Notes under the pieces: generated by a model
The model's database searches: none
What the model was told of the DNA's origin: nothing
Seen by the model: only the letters and a program-made list of their open reading frames with translations
Shown: one piece after another, positions 16,441 to 31,447 of the stretch
Position numbering within the stretch: position 1 is the stretch's first letter
Layout of the letters: every line of letters begins with the position of its first letter
Made by a program: the position numbers and the translations under genes
Assembly: GCF_009914755.1 (NCBI RefSeq)
Contig: NC_060930.1
Reading direction: 5' to 3' (one strand)
DNA length: 64,000 nucleotides
DNA from: the human T2T-CHM13v2.0 reference genome, Homo sapiens

Positions 16441-18645
16441 GACATATGGGAGCAGGGGAAAACCTGGCCACTGGAGAGATGGTGTCGCACAAGCAAAGTT
16501 AATGCAGAGAAGGTGTAAGAGCAAAGAATAAGAGAGCAGAAACAAGTGTCTTAAAATCCACTCTTCACATATCAACCTGGAGCTTTCCCACATGTAGAAC
16601 ACACAAATCTGAAAATCAACCAAGCTGGGCTAATAAACCTTGCAAAGGCTGTTGCAGAGCAGCTGCAGCTACGGCAAACCAAAAGCTCTAGAAAATATCT
16701 CAATAATTCAGTGAATGTTTATTTGGAGAATCATTGATTCAGGAAATTTTCTTTTGTCAAATCTGCTTTGAGTGAATTAGTCGTTTTCTGAATTGTGTTT
16801 CAATACATCATAATTTGGTGATTTTTCTGCTAATTGGACAGCACTAAAGCAAAATCAGGGTGCTGTTGAGTCAGGAATTAGCTTTGGTGGCCTCTGGAGG
16901 GGATCAAGTTGGTTCTATCAATCAGTGGAGAAAAAATAAAAATGTAAAAGTTAGTCAAATGTATGAGGAAGAAATAAAATTTAAACAAATAATAAAGAGG
17001 TCATTCAAACAGCTACTCTATTACTTTCTTTAAAAAGAGTAGCTAGGAATAGGCCTGTGGAGATCAACAGATTGTCTCTCTAGGCAATCCATAAAGAAAA
17101 ATTCTGTGTGAAAAGTGTATTTTTAGATCTTCAAGAAGATGAAAATAAGAAATGCACAGCTAGAATTATTTAAATTATAGAGCTAAAGCTTTGGTTTGTA
17201 TACTTACCTGAATGAGAAAGCAGTAAATCATTTTCATATTTATCTCTTATACATCTCTATAATTCTAAGAAGAGTCAAACTAAAATGTATATTGAGGTCA
17301 TCTAAAATTGAATTGTTATACAAAAGGAATATCTTAGCACCTTATTTGTAATTATTTTACTGTTACTGATATTTTGTGATTTTGCTTATTTTATGCTTAT
17401 TTCTCTGGAAATAAATTATTTTCTTTTTAGCCTGACTTAGTTTTGTTTCTACATTATTAACATTTCTTTGGACTTTTGAAGACTATGAATTATTATGAGG
17501 TTAATAATTTTTTTAAAAAAATGATAAATGAAGAAATCTCATTGAGGTATTATTTGTATTTTTGTTATGTTATGTCTTGTTATTAAATGTCATATAGAGC
17601 ATATACATTGATCCATAGTGTTATTAATACAAAAGCTTGGATCATCAAGAGATACATATGAATTAATAACACCGACAAAGAGTCAATTCAGAAAATAATT
17701 AAACACATTGTCTCCTGTCCTGTCTTTTGTGACTGAAGTGTTTATTATTATTTTTTTTCTTAGTTTTCAGTGATAGCTTTTCAGTCAAGTTCATCCCTTC
17801 CTTGAAATCAACAGTTCTCATCTGATTTTAAGACTTTATATTGACTTCACATTATTATATGTCAGTGAAGTACCTGGGGAATGTAACACTCTTCCAATGA
17901 TAGTGTCCTGTCAATTTCTTTTCACATTCTTTTCTTTCCAGGGTATAATATTAGGTATAGACTTTATTAAAGAAAGGATTTTATAGGTCTCAAAATCCTA
18001 GTAAAGTCATATTTTCTGTGAATATGGTATTTCAAACACTAGTGTCAGAACTTTTATTATTTTCTTCTTCCTCATTATCTGTTCACTTTCTCTAGTATTT
18101 TGTTATCTTCATTCCTTTAAAACAAAATGGTATAACCTAGAAGATACGAAAAGCTATGATTCCATGAGTGGGGTTCAAAGGATGAGCTAATGTCTAAAAT
18201 TGTACATGTTATTGTGTGTGAATATCCGGTTATGAACAGCATTTTTTTTGGAGAAGGAGCCTATAACTTTTATTAGTTTTCAAGGAGTACATGGTCAAAG
18301 ACAATTTTTAAAACTCTATACATTTAAAATTATTTCAGAAATATTTAAATAATTTACCTCAAAATTTAATAATTTAATAGGGTATTATTTTACCATACTG
18401 TCTAAAATGTAATGGAAATTGAACTTCTAATTTTCTCCCATTTTACGGGGTTTCTTTCTTTCTTTAAGTTTTGGAGTACTTAAAAATACCTCAAGCCAAA
18501 TAAATTACCACTAGTCATGTATACGTTCAAGCAAATATCATCCACAGACAAATATCAATGGGATCCTCTTGAATTTGGTTGTTCTTTCATGTAAACTTTG
18601 TTTCACATGTATCTTTTTGAATTTTATATGCATTTGATACAAGCA

Positions 18646-19441
18646 TGTAGTAGATTCTTATAATTTTATGTTGTTTCAGCATTCATTTTGAAAACAGGTT
18701 TGTCTTTGTTGTACCTCAAGCAGAGCTCAGTCTCTCTTGACACAGTTTTTAATTCTATGCCTCACTCAAATATCTCAAGCCAGTGGGCAGACTTAAGAAC
18801 TTACAAGTATCTCTCTGGTCTAGTTGACTGGGCTCCTTGCTTTCCCACAGCTTCCTTTAAGCTGACCATTCAGGCATTTGCCTAGACTCTTCAAGTGACC
18901 CACACTCTGTTCCCTTCTCTATACTGCCAATTGCCACATGCTCTACTCTCTCCCTACTGACTCCTCATTCCTGCCTCGTATGACCTAGATACCAAGTACT
19001 GCCTTTGTGACTCACTGGACCCTCCTTGCCCAGAATCTGAAAGTAAAATCTTTGAACTTGTTTCCTGTTGTGCCGGTGCATCAAATTTGTGGCATCCATC
19101 TAAAGAACTAGGGGATGCCCCAGGCTGAGATATCGCCAGGATGCTAGGAGTAACACAGCGTCAGACTCTCAGCTTCAGAGCAATGGTCAGGCAGACATAA
19201 GCCGAACATGGGTCAGTCAAGAGCCACAGGGGCATCTGCCAGGATAAACAAGTTTGCCATGTGAGGGGTCCCCGGTCATGGGTTGTATAACTGCATGTTA
19301 GGCTGGGTGCCAGATCAAAGCAGTACCCTGTGAAAGGCACACTGTAAGCACTCACATCGAGTCCCTTTTCATTTTCCTTAGGGAAGGGTTGCTAGCTGCT
19401 CGGACACCAGAACCCCAATTTAGCTGGGGGCTCACAAAACA
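18646..19441 (+). mobile_element. MER54 (B-like) ERVL solo LTR
   Basis: tgtagtagattcttataattttatgttg start, aaccccaatttagctggggg...aaaaca end, TSD aag[c/t]a. Confidence 0.75.
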
Positions 19442-20999
19442 AAGTATTACTGGATTATTCATGAAAGCTGTTACAAAAAATTTTCACACAAATGTTGTGG
19501 TTATTATTTTAGACAAATTATGCCTGAGAGAGAATCTTATCTGTACATGTTTATATGAGAACTGATTTCTCTAAAATCAAGAGCATTTTACTGTCTTTCC
19601 TATAAATAAGAAAATGTACATTTTCCCATAGGACATAGTAATAAAACTGATAAGCTCTAACCACACGCTGGACTAGGGCTTCCTAACTCTGGGGAACAGA
19701 CAGCCTATCTGTGAGTGCTGGATTCAGAATAGGTATCTTTCATATAGAATGACAACCAAGCCCCCAAAAATCCAAGTCATAAAACTCTAATATAAAAACT
19801 CCAAGTCCAAAGTATTTTAAGCTTTAGAAAGCCTTTTCAAGAGATAACCTGTTAGAAGAGACAATATGCATGTTCATTGTCTGTAATTTTGACACTAATT
19901 TAAAACATTAAAGGCTGCAATGTTATAAATGATATACACGTTCATTTCAAATTTTCACCGTACTTGATATTATGAAATGAGTAAGATATAATCCTCAGTG
20001 AACTGTTCTCCCCAAACTTACCTTAGTTTGTAAACACAAAGACATTATCAAGCTTTCAAGGAAAATAAATATTTGATATTTTCTTTCAGAATGCTATATT
20101 CTACTCCTTATAGGTTCCAAATCTTCTTTTCAATTATTAGATATGATATTTTGAAATAATTCTGGAAAAGGAGAAGGAATAGTTATTTATCCATGTATTC
20201 ACTTTTTGTTTGTCAATCTCTACTACAATATTGGCCATAGACACTGAAGAATTTTAGGAGGAAGTAGGGGAGAGTGTGATGTGGCAGGATGGGGAATGAA
20301 AGAATGTGCCATAAATGTTTTGAATTACATGAGCCAGAACTCACTTTTAGCTGCAAGAGTAATAAATGTCACTAGAACATGCTGTATACCATCCTGCATT
20401 TCAATATACATTCTCCTTATTTTTGAGTGATTATCTAACTTTTTACCAACTTTCATTTATTTAACAACTAATATTACCTCAGGATTGAATGAATATATTA
20501 GACAAAACAGCAAGATAAAATTACAATGCAAAGTAACAAATACCAAAATTTATTCTAGATTTTAAAATTTTCCATTTTATTAGATTTTAAGTGATCAATA
20601 TCAGGATTATTATATGATAAGATATTCCATTAAAATTCTATTAGCTGAAGTTTTCAAGGGAGAAAGATACCCCAATATTTGAAGATTGATTTTTAAAGAA
20701 AATAGTGAGACTGATATTTGATTATTTGATTATGAATGTTTTATATATACTTTTATCATATGTATTAACCATAATGGATATAATAAATAGCAATTACATA
20801 TTTATAGTTCCTTTGAAAAATTAATTGCAGTTTTCTTTCAGTATTTGTTACTAATTAGATAACAGCAGAAAAAAGCTAATTAAAAGTGCATATAAGAAGT
20901 ATTTTCAGAAATAGTAATGGAATATAACCAATCTTGCTGTCCAAAGAAAGCAAATACAAATAATATAAAAGTGTATAAAATCATGTTCAAAAATGGCAT

Positions 21000-21960
21000 T
21001 CATTATAATCCAAGAAATAAAATAAATATCCATGAGTAAATAAATAAGTGGTGGAGAAGGGACAACTCTTCTTTACAGAAAAAATTCAATACATGAATGT
21101 GTAAGTATTGAGAGAAATAGATCAGGATTGTAGAATTACAGCAATAATTGCAATAGGCAAGATCCACTGATGACTTCTAAAATTACTGACTAAAATTCTA
21201 AAGAGAAATAAAATATTTGCATAACCTACAGCATACTTTCGGATATAGTCTGTAATTACTATGGCGATTTTAACATACGTGCAAACTTCTCAGATTATTC
21301 TCCCTCCAAGAGATGGAGCTGAAGTCCCTTCCTGAGTGTGGGTTGAATATAGAAATTCACCTCTAATGAATTGAGTATGAAAAGGGGAAAGTGGTAAATT
21401 TACACTGCAGAACATCGGTAGATACTGCCATAATCAAGTGATCAAGATCAGCATCACCTGTGATAACACATATTGACATCATGTGTCCTCCATATGTGAT
21501 GAGGATGGCATTTCACCTCTCTGATATCTTTCCTCCAAATCCTTATCTTCTGTGTAATCATGAGAAATTCAAAGAAACTCAATTTAAGCAACAATCTAAA
21601 AACCACCTGAACATTATTGAAAAATGTTTCCTCATGAAATGTAAGGTAAGACTGAGTAACTCTTACCTACTGAAGGAAACTAAGGAGCCATGACAACTAA
21701 ATGCAGTGCAGAATCCTGGCTTGAATCCTGGAAATATCCATTAGTGAAAAACTGGTAAATCTGAATAAACTCTGCAGTTCAGTTGATAGAATTGTACCAA
21801 TGTTACTTTCTTCATTTTGCTTATTATAGTTATATATATTATTATAGTTATGTAAAATTTTAACATTAAGGAAAGCTGAGTGAAACATATTTGAAACTCT
21901 CTTACCATTTCTAGTATTCTGTAACTTTAACATTATTTTAAAATAAAGAAGTTTTAAAAA
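21000..21960 (+). mobile_element. L1MC 3'UTR (L1MC3/4-like)
   Basis: catgacaactaaatgca...atcctgg and aatcaagtgatcaag motifs; A-rich end. Confidence 0.7.
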
Positions 21961-24900
21961 GAATATTCAGAATCATTGTTTTATTAAACATTCTTAAAAG
22001 TTTAAATTCTGTAGTATCACTACAATTCTTGTATCACCTGACAACTAAGATATCCCTGCTATATTTTCCTATATCCTGCCTGGTGTCCTCCATTACATGT
22101 TTCTGTGATCATCTGTTATATGTCTTCTGCATGGTGGTATACAGCGTCAGGAACAATTCCTGATTCACAAAGGCCTCATCATTTATATAATAAATTTATG
22201 TGAAATCCATTCCCAAATATTTAGAAGGAGTTCATGTTGGGTTTATTGCATTTAATGGTGTACTCAATATTGAATTTATTTGATTCAGAGGAATGAGAAG
22301 AAAACTATTTCAAAATCAAAATGACATCATTAGTGTACTAAATTGATTCAAATTAATTCTGTATATAGTATTTCATACACAAAATAATTTGAGAAAGGAG
22401 TTTTTGTAATTTAATATAAGGTAAGATCTTTAATTTTTCACAATCTCAAATAATTGTATTGAAATACATTATAAGCTATACATCACAAACAATATTTTAA
22501 CAGAAAAATAAATTTTTATACATGTACATTTTTTCCAATTTGAAAAAACTAATTAAAGTCTTCCAATATCAATCTCTAATCCTCTGGGCTCCTCTAACAA
22601 CCCATTATACTGTAACATAGGAACAATACAGTCATTTTAATTATTTCTAAACCTACTGAGTACTTTTACGATTATTTTAAAATAAGCCACCTGACAGTGT
22701 TCCAATTGTCCTGAGAAATGAAGGTTCATTAGTTTGAGTGAATGAATTGTTTAATAGTGTACTGATTCTTGCCTCACAGGGAATCTGAGGAAGTAGATAT
22801 GGAAATTTCCACATAGATTCCTGTATTATTCATAAAAAATATATGTAGTTTTACCAAAATGTATGAGTTTAAGTTTTTACAAATATTAAATAATAAATTT
22901 CAATATTATCTATGCCTTTCAGAAATTTGATTTATATGTTTTTAAGTACAAATAATATCTCAGTAATTTCCTCTAGAGTTTTCTATGTTCTAAGGACTAT
23001 ACTTCCTTCATGTATTACTCTGTTATTTGAATGGATTGTTTCTGATATATATGTTGATATTTGTAATAGAAATAAACATCCATACAATGTAATGAATTGG
23101 TTTTTAAAAAGAAAATGCTTCATTTTAATTTGTGTAAAAATAAAGAGAAAAGAATTTGTTAGAAGCAAAGTGATATTAAGATTTCCAGTACTTGTGAAAC
23201 ATAAGATTGTTGATGATGATCATGATGATGCTTTTGAAGAACACGATAGTAACAAAGCTAACCTTTGACTTCTACACTGTGAGCTTTACAATGCATATGA
23301 GGAGAAGGATTGCTTCTATCCCTATTTCACGAATGAAGGAGAGAAAAATGCAGTAAAATTTCTGAATTCAGAAGACAAAGATTGAAAGCTATGCTGGGAT
23401 ATGATTCCACAAGTTTGCCTAGTAGGTCTGGGGTAGTTTCAAACGTGTGTATTTTATACCACACCCTGTTTTTGTTTTTTACAGTATTTATCTTAGATAA
23501 TGCTGATGTACTCTTCTAACATAGAGTACATATTCAATAAATATTTACTGTTGAGCTATTGATATGTTTTGGACATTGATATGTCAAAAAGCCATCTTGA
23601 CTTTTGGAATTATTCACTTTATGACATTATCGATTACAATAATTGGAGCAAGTGCTACATGGGATTGTTGAAAGGGGATTCTTGATGAGATATACAACTC
23701 TCAGTGCTAGGCGTTGTTGTTAAGGCTGCAGAAATGAGTTCAATACATCATCCCATGGCAGAAACACTCATTCAGTAATATTTTCAGGCTGAAAAATATT
23801 CTGTATGACAATACTCTAAAGATTATAAAAACAGGGTAGAGTCATGAATTTAAACATTTTCATTGCTAGAATTAATTGCTATTGTACTATGTTGAGGCCT
23901 TTACTTTCTTCTTAATGAAAGAAAATGGTAATTAATATATGTTTTATATAAAGAGTTGAGTAAGAACTTTTGCAAATTGTATCCATTTTCAGGGAAAGAG
24001 ATTTAATTTTTATTGTATTACCCGTGGCCTGGTGAAGTTGTAGCAGTAACACTGTATCCCACCCTGGGTTAGCTGCCCTGGTGTTTTCTAAAGATAACTA
24101 GAATTTTTGTACCTTTGAAAACTGGTTCCTGGTCAAATATCTTTGAAAAGTATACCCAGTAAACTTTCTAGATACTATCATCAGCTAATTGAATTTAAAT
24201 GGCTATTCTCTTATTCCCTTAACAAGCTTTCCCAGTATATTTCCTTCTTGGACTTTCATAGAATGTAGCAACTTACAGGGAAAGAAAAAAGAACTGCATA
24301 ACTTTAAAGCATAATAATACTAATAAAACAAACTTTAATAAGTATGATGAAGAGTCTTTGTATGGAAAGAAACAAAGTTGTGAGTGTCATAGTAGAGGCT
24401 ACTTGTTAGAAAGCAAAGATTCAAAAAAAAAAAAATAGGTAGTAGCAAACTTGTAAGAGCAAGACCATAAATTCTGATCCATCGTTTCTTTATCAAATAT
24501 TACAATCAGTTTATCTGCCCTAACAGTCTTCCGTAATTCTGCTTGCATCTCTCTCCTCAGAAACAAAGCCTAGGAGAAAGGCAGAGCAGAGTAAGTTCAA
24601 TTCCCCTAAAAGCCATTACAAAACGATGAGGCAGCATGATTCAGTGGAGAGGGTACAGGTTTCAGAATCAGATATACCACTCTCTGGATCCTAACTGAAG
24701 TCATTGCCTTGAATAATACTCTTGACTGTAAGCTTCAGAACAATATTGCAAACCATTCTAATCACCTGAACATACACATATACATTAAGTTGAGGGCAAA
24801 TTTATGAAAGAACACTGGAGTTTTTCAAAGAAATATAAAATATTGATCAGCAGCAAATCAAGAAGTGAAGAAAAAAGGCAGATGCAATTCTATAACCTTT

Positions 24901-25284
24901 ATTTATCTATCTAACATTGATCTAACTTAGTTTATATTAGTTCTCTGTGTGTCTCACAAATTGTAGAGCAAGAAAATATGATTGGTTACACCTATATTTA
25001 AACTTACCTATTCATCTGCAGTTAGGTCAATAAAATTTAAAATTTGTGTCACATTAAATGCATAAATGGCTTCTGGAATTCTTTTAAAAAGAAGTGCATA
25101 GTCTTTGCAAACCCTTTAATAGTGGTCCACTGCATTTGATTTATTAGCTGCTCAGCAAACAAGTTTATTCTCATTTATATAAATGTCCAAAGATGACCCA
25201 ATTTAATATGATCTAACTATTTCAACTATTACATTATTTCAGTAGTGACTACCAATTTGTTCATGCCTCTCTCTATGACCCTTT

Positions 25285-25645
25285 TTATAGTTCATTCAGG
25301 CTGCAATGACAGAACACCACAAACCAAATGGACTACAAACAACAGAAATTTGTTTCTCATAGTAATGGAGTTGAGGAAGTCTCAAGAACAAGATGCTGGC
25401 AGATTTGGAGTCTTTGTGGACCATTTTCTGGTATACAGATGGCTGACTTTTCTTTGTGTCCTCACACAAGGAAGGAGTAAATGAGCTTTCTGAGATTACT
25501 TTTGTAAAGGGCACTAATCCCATTAATAAAAGCCCTCATGACCCAATCTACTCCCAAAGGCCTCACTCCCCCAGTACCTCATACTGGGAATTAGGTTTCA
25601 ACATATGCATTTGGGGTGGGACGTGTTTACTCAATAGAGTTTCTA
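25285..25645 (-). mobile_element. MLT1A-type LTR
   Basis: aaacaacagaaatttgtttctcat...aagggcactaatccc...tttcaacatatg. Confidence 0.75.
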
Positions 25646-25654
25646 TATAATATG

Positions 25655-26870
25655 ACTTTGACTGACTTTCCATTTAAAGAGAAGTCTGATTCTTCATCAC
25701 CACTGGTCTTCAAAGGCCAATGCCATTCTTCATGTTTACATTGGGCTGTTTATGTTGGCTGTCAGCTGAGAGTTCAGCTGGTGTTGTCTATGGCAGCACC
25801 TAGGTATGTCCTCTCCAGCATGGATGTTTCAGAGTCATTCTTCATGGCATTGGCCTTTGTCTTGATTTTGGCAATGAGAGATAGCAAATATGATGCACAC
25901 AGGGACTTGAAATGTTCCTTTGCACTGGTACTTGGCTTCTGTTGATAATGAAAACTCTTCATTCATCACATGAACAAGACTGGGCTAGAAGAATGAGAGA
26001 GGCCCTTAGTCTTCTCAGACATTACAGTTCCTAATCTCCACAGACACTGAGGTACCTTAGACCCTCCAGCTTCAGCTTACCTGGACCAGAACTGAAAAAC
26101 TGCCAGAACAATATACAGAATCATGAAGAAATAATAAATTTGTATGCTTTAACTTGCTTAAAGTTAGAATATCTTGTTTTGCAGGATAAGTTAACTGATA
26201 CAGAAATTGGAAGTTGGGTACTACATAACCAAAAATTCTAAAACATAATGGCATATGATTTGACATGGTGGCTGGAACAGGATGAAAAAACAATTTGGGA
26301 ACTCTAAGAAGACTGAAAAATGATGAGAACTTTGTTAGTAAACGTGAAAAAGTAGTGAGGAAACATCTAAACAGGCTTAAAATATGATGTCTCATATGAA
26401 ATAGCAAAACAATTCGAAAATTGTACCCTATTGGTAACATGGAAGATGGAAAAAATCTAATGGACATGTAGATATTGTTAAGGCTATTTCTCAGCAAAAT
26501 ATTGAAACATTGTATGGGAAGAAAGACATGAGTGAAAGAAAACAGTCTGCAAGCAGAATTTAGAGGAAATATAGAAGATCCAGAGTTTGTCTACATGGAG
26601 ATTAAAAATTTTTCATCTCCATTCTTTCAAAAGCAAATATCCTTAAAGTAAGAAATTATGAGATAAAATTAAATCAAGGGAGTGGCTATAAGTTCTTTAA
26701 AAATATTTTTGAAAGATTTAGTGGGGTTTAACTTGCAGACCTTCTAAACTAGGCAAAAGAGCTTCCAGGAATTTTAAAGACTGTTCCATAGTAACCTGAT
26801 ACATGCACCAAACAAGAGAAAGGCATATCTTGAAAATAACTTATCTACATGGTACTTAAAAAACATATAG
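25655..26870 (+). mobile_element. MLT1 (F-H-like) LTR to 26202 plus MLT1-internal remnant
   Basis: LTR end ...gcaggataagttaactgataca followed by gaaattgg internal start. Confidence 0.55.
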
Positions 26871-27031
26871 GCATAAGATTTTGGAAGAAAGAAAAATGAA
26901 TGGTAGAGAAGACAGTTAATCGACAAATGATAGAGCTATAAAAATTCCAATTTTAAAGGGGAAATGAGTAAAATAGAAGGCAGATGATGAGTACATATTA
27001 GGATAATTCTGGAGCATGTTATGGTAAGGCT

Positions 27032-27430
27032 ATGTTCCAGTTACCTTTTGCTAGATTGCAAATTACATTAAAGCTTAGATGTTTAAAACGAGCATCTTAT
27101 TTTGTTCATCATTTTGTGGGACAAGGATTTAGTGAGATTGACTGGAAGTTCTCAAAGTCTCTTACACAATTTAAAGTCAGATGTTAGCTATGGTGAAAAT
27201 TCAACAGGTTAGGGCATCCAAGATGGCTCTCACACTTGCCTGACTGTTTATATTGGCTGTCAGCTGAGAGTTCAGCTGGTGCTATTTACGGAAGCACCGA
27301 GGTATGGCCTCTCCAGTATGGACATTTCAGAGCCATCAGACTTGTTACCTGGAGACTGCATTTCTAAGAAGAGTGCTTCAAGAGAAATAGAGAAAAGATG
27401 AATGGCTTTTTCTGGTCTGTACTCAATATA
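27032..27430 (-). mobile_element. Old MLT1 (J/K-like) LTR
   Basis: catccaagatggctctcacac...ggcctctccag motifs. Confidence 0.55.
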
Positions 27431-27534
27431 AATTTCTTCAGCCATCAGAGTGTGAGTTCTTGTGGTATGGGTTGCTAATCATGATGAGGTGAAAATAAAT
27501 TATTCCAGGTCAGGAGTGCTATTCTTTATAAACC

Positions 27535-27810
27535 CCATAGAAGCAATTGACCATACATTTTTGGGTCTATTCCTGGACTCTCAATTCTGCTCTGCTGGTC
27601 ATTAATCTAATCTTTATGTAAATATCACAGTCTTAATTAGTGTAGTTTTATTGAAACTAATTTTTCTTGGAATTAGAAAGCATAAGTCATTTAAATTTGT
27701 TGTTCAATTTCAAAGTTGTTTTGGTATTCTTAGTCCTTGCATTTCCATATCAATATTTGAATCAGCTTGTCAATTTCTACAAAAAAAAAAAACTGCTGAA
27801 ACTTATTTTC
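27535..27810 (-). mobile_element. L1M ORF2 fragment (left part of the element split by the ADH5 retrocopy)
   Basis: gggtctattcctggactctc...cagcttgtcaatttctacaaaa; continues after 30414. Confidence 0.75.
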
Positions 27811-27831
27811 TTTATTTGACTACATTAAAAC

Positions 27832-27837
27832 TTTATT
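27832..27837 (-). terminator. Distal poly(A) signal of the ADH5 retrocopy
   Basis: AATAAA about 20 nt before the TSD / tail remnant. Confidence 0.8.
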
Positions 27838-27849
27838 CAACAAAATACC

Positions 27850-28660
27850 ATAAAGTAAAAAGAAAAGTCACAAGATAGACTAGAAGATATTTGCAACATA
27901 TAAAACTGACAAATGATTGATGTCTAGAATAAAAGAACTCCTAAAAATTACTCAGAGAAAAAGAAATAATTCAATACAAAGTTGGGCACAGGATATGAAC
28001 AGGTTCTTCACAATAAAATGTCCATTAGAATGAAGGATTTAATGAGTAATTGTGGAAAATGCAAACTAAACTCATAATAAAACACCATTCTACACTTACG
28101 TAATTCACAAAAACTCACATTTACTTTGAAGATAAATTTGGCAATGTCTATAAGGCTAAATGTGTTTATTCTGTGATACACATCTTAAGTAACTAATGTA
28201 GTGAGCCCAATGCAGAAGAATGTTCCACTACAGTGTTGTAATACAGAAACTGGCAACAACTTCATGCCTTCAACTGGAGAACAGATGAATTAAGATAGTT
28301 CGCGTAATTGAATACTGCTACACAGTACTAAAATTAATGAATGAAAGCTTCACATATAATTATACAATAATGAGTGAAAAAAAGAAAAGCTGTAGAATGA
28401 GCAAGTATAAGGCTTAAAAATATATAAAACAGTACTAAAGAGTAGATGGTTTAGGTTATACCCAGTGAAAGTACAACAACACAGGAATGACAAACATCAA
28501 ATTTTGGATAATTGTTACCTCTGGAGGGGAGGAATGGCAATGTGATGTGGAAGTGGCAAAATGTTAAGATTTGACAAAAGTAGGTGCTGAGAACTTGGAT
28601 ATTCAGTATGTAATTCACTATACTAGAAATAGTACAGCCACAACCAACACACACATACAC
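27850..28660 (+). mobile_element. L1ME-like fragment carried inside the ADH5 3'UTR
   Basis: gaagatatttgcaaca...aaagaactcct...ggatatgaacagg motifs, located between the TSDs. Confidence 0.65.
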
Positions 28661-29017
28661 CTATTTAAGTCCAGAATGCTGTTTCAATAATACATTTTAG
28701 TGTCCCCTGAGGGGCAGATGCCATACTAGGAATTTGGGGTACAGGCACGAACAAGGCACAGTACCTCCCTTCAAGATAATATCACAGAAGCAGACTTGGC
28801 TCCTGATTAACTTTGTCACTGATGGCTAGGATCTGTTCTTCAATCAACGGGACTGAGACCCTTAAAACTTCAACGAATGTTTCTGAGGTTTCAGACACCC
28901 ACCACTGCCCTGCTTCCTTTACATTTCCCTTACAGAATGAAGATAATGGGCAGACAAACCATGACAATGATTACAGCATAAAACAAAGACAATTTCTACA
29001 CAAATATAGAAATTACT

Positions 29018-29023
29018 TTTATT
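29018..29023 (-). terminator. Candidate proximal poly(A) signal in the ADH5-derived 3'UTR
   Basis: AATAAA about 240 nt after the stop codon. Confidence 0.45.
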
Positions 29024-29263
29024 ATGTTAAAATATTCCTTAATAAGCTAGCAATTATTTATGTGGAGGAGCGTCCAGAAAACAGGTCCATGACTGAATTA
29101 TCCTTGTCGTTGATTATAGAGATTCATGAATTACACTCATAACACTATTCTCTGGGGTAGCTGCGAAGCTCTACGAGGCTGTGAGTTTGGAGGCGCTTCT
29201 CCCTGCCTGTTAAGCTGCTCCCATCACATCACGACAGGTTGGACATTATTTTTCTCTTTTGAA

Positions 29264-30406
<1,143 letters not shown>

Positions 30407-30414
30407 TTATTTTC

Positions 30415-30785
30415 AGATTGTGTTGAATACAGAGACCAATTTTCAGAGAACTGAATTCTTAACATTATTGAATCTCCCAAACAATAAACACAGTATCTAT
30501 CCCCATATATTTAGATCATTTAACATTTGTTTCAGCAATATTCCAGTGTTTCAGTACACAGAGAATGCACATCTTTCCTCAGATTTGTCCCTAATTATTT
30601 GAATGCTTTATAATACCGTACATTTAAAATTTTCAATTTGATTCTTAATTTCTAACGTATAGAAATACAATTGAATTTTTATATTGACCCAATTGACTGC
30701 AACTTTGCAAAACGCAAACAATCGTTTTAATAACTTTTTTGTAGATTCCATAGGACTTTCTACATATATAGATGATCATCAGTAT
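30415..30785 (-). mobile_element. L1M ORF2 fragment (right part, continuation of 27535-27810)
   Basis: gattgtgttgaat...cttaacattattgaatctcccaa...tatttagatc continues the L1 sequence. Confidence 0.75.
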
Positions 30786-30986
30786 ACCTCCTACAAATGT
30801 GGGAGGCACAGAAAAGTAGGACAATATTAATAAATTCATATATTTTAAAATCTCGATTTGTTTCGGCTCCTCACTTTGTCTGGACCTTGCTCAGAAGATC
30901 ACAGATTGCCCGGTGAATTTTACGATCTATAAACTATACCATTAGTATAGTGCCTCATGGTTTCTCTGTCTCTCTCTCTCCCCTAC

Positions 30987-31335
30987 TGAGACAGCCAGGT
31001 GGGAAGAGGTTCCCAGAGAAACTCCAACCAGCCTGCGCACTGAGAAGAGTTCACATTGGGGTGGAGCCACAGAACTTTACATCCTTTGCAGTGGGGAGGA
31101 TCCTGGCCCGTCCTTTTCTTGGGTGGAACTTGGAATTCAATCTGTGAGGCTGGAAACCCACTGGCAGAGAAACACATACTCTCGCTTTACTAACAGTCTC
31201 TGTTTCCTCTTTTCTTCCTTTTCACCCAATAAAACCCTGCTTTACTCACCCTTCAAATTGTCTGCAAGCCTAATTTCTCGTGGCCGTGTGACAAGGACCC
31301 TGTCTTTAGCTGAACTACAGAAAAGTCCTGGAATG
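30987..31335 (+). mobile_element. MER61 (A-like) ERV1 solo LTR
   Basis: tgagacagccaggtgggaag...aactccaaccagcctgcgcactg start, internal AATAAA, 4-bp TSD CTAC. Confidence 0.8.
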
Positions 31336-31447
31336 CTACCACCTGTTTTTCTCAGAGAAGAAAAATCACAGTCATGGTGACTTGCTTTCCTTTTATTCAG
31401 ATAATTTCAACATAGGCCATTTTTTGGTTCCAACTATTTCTCTTTAG

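Noticed and set aside
18130-18320. Possible hAT-Charlie MITE remnant (and several faint MIR/MER5 pieces elsewhere)
   Set aside because: Too degenerate to name or bound reliably by eye.
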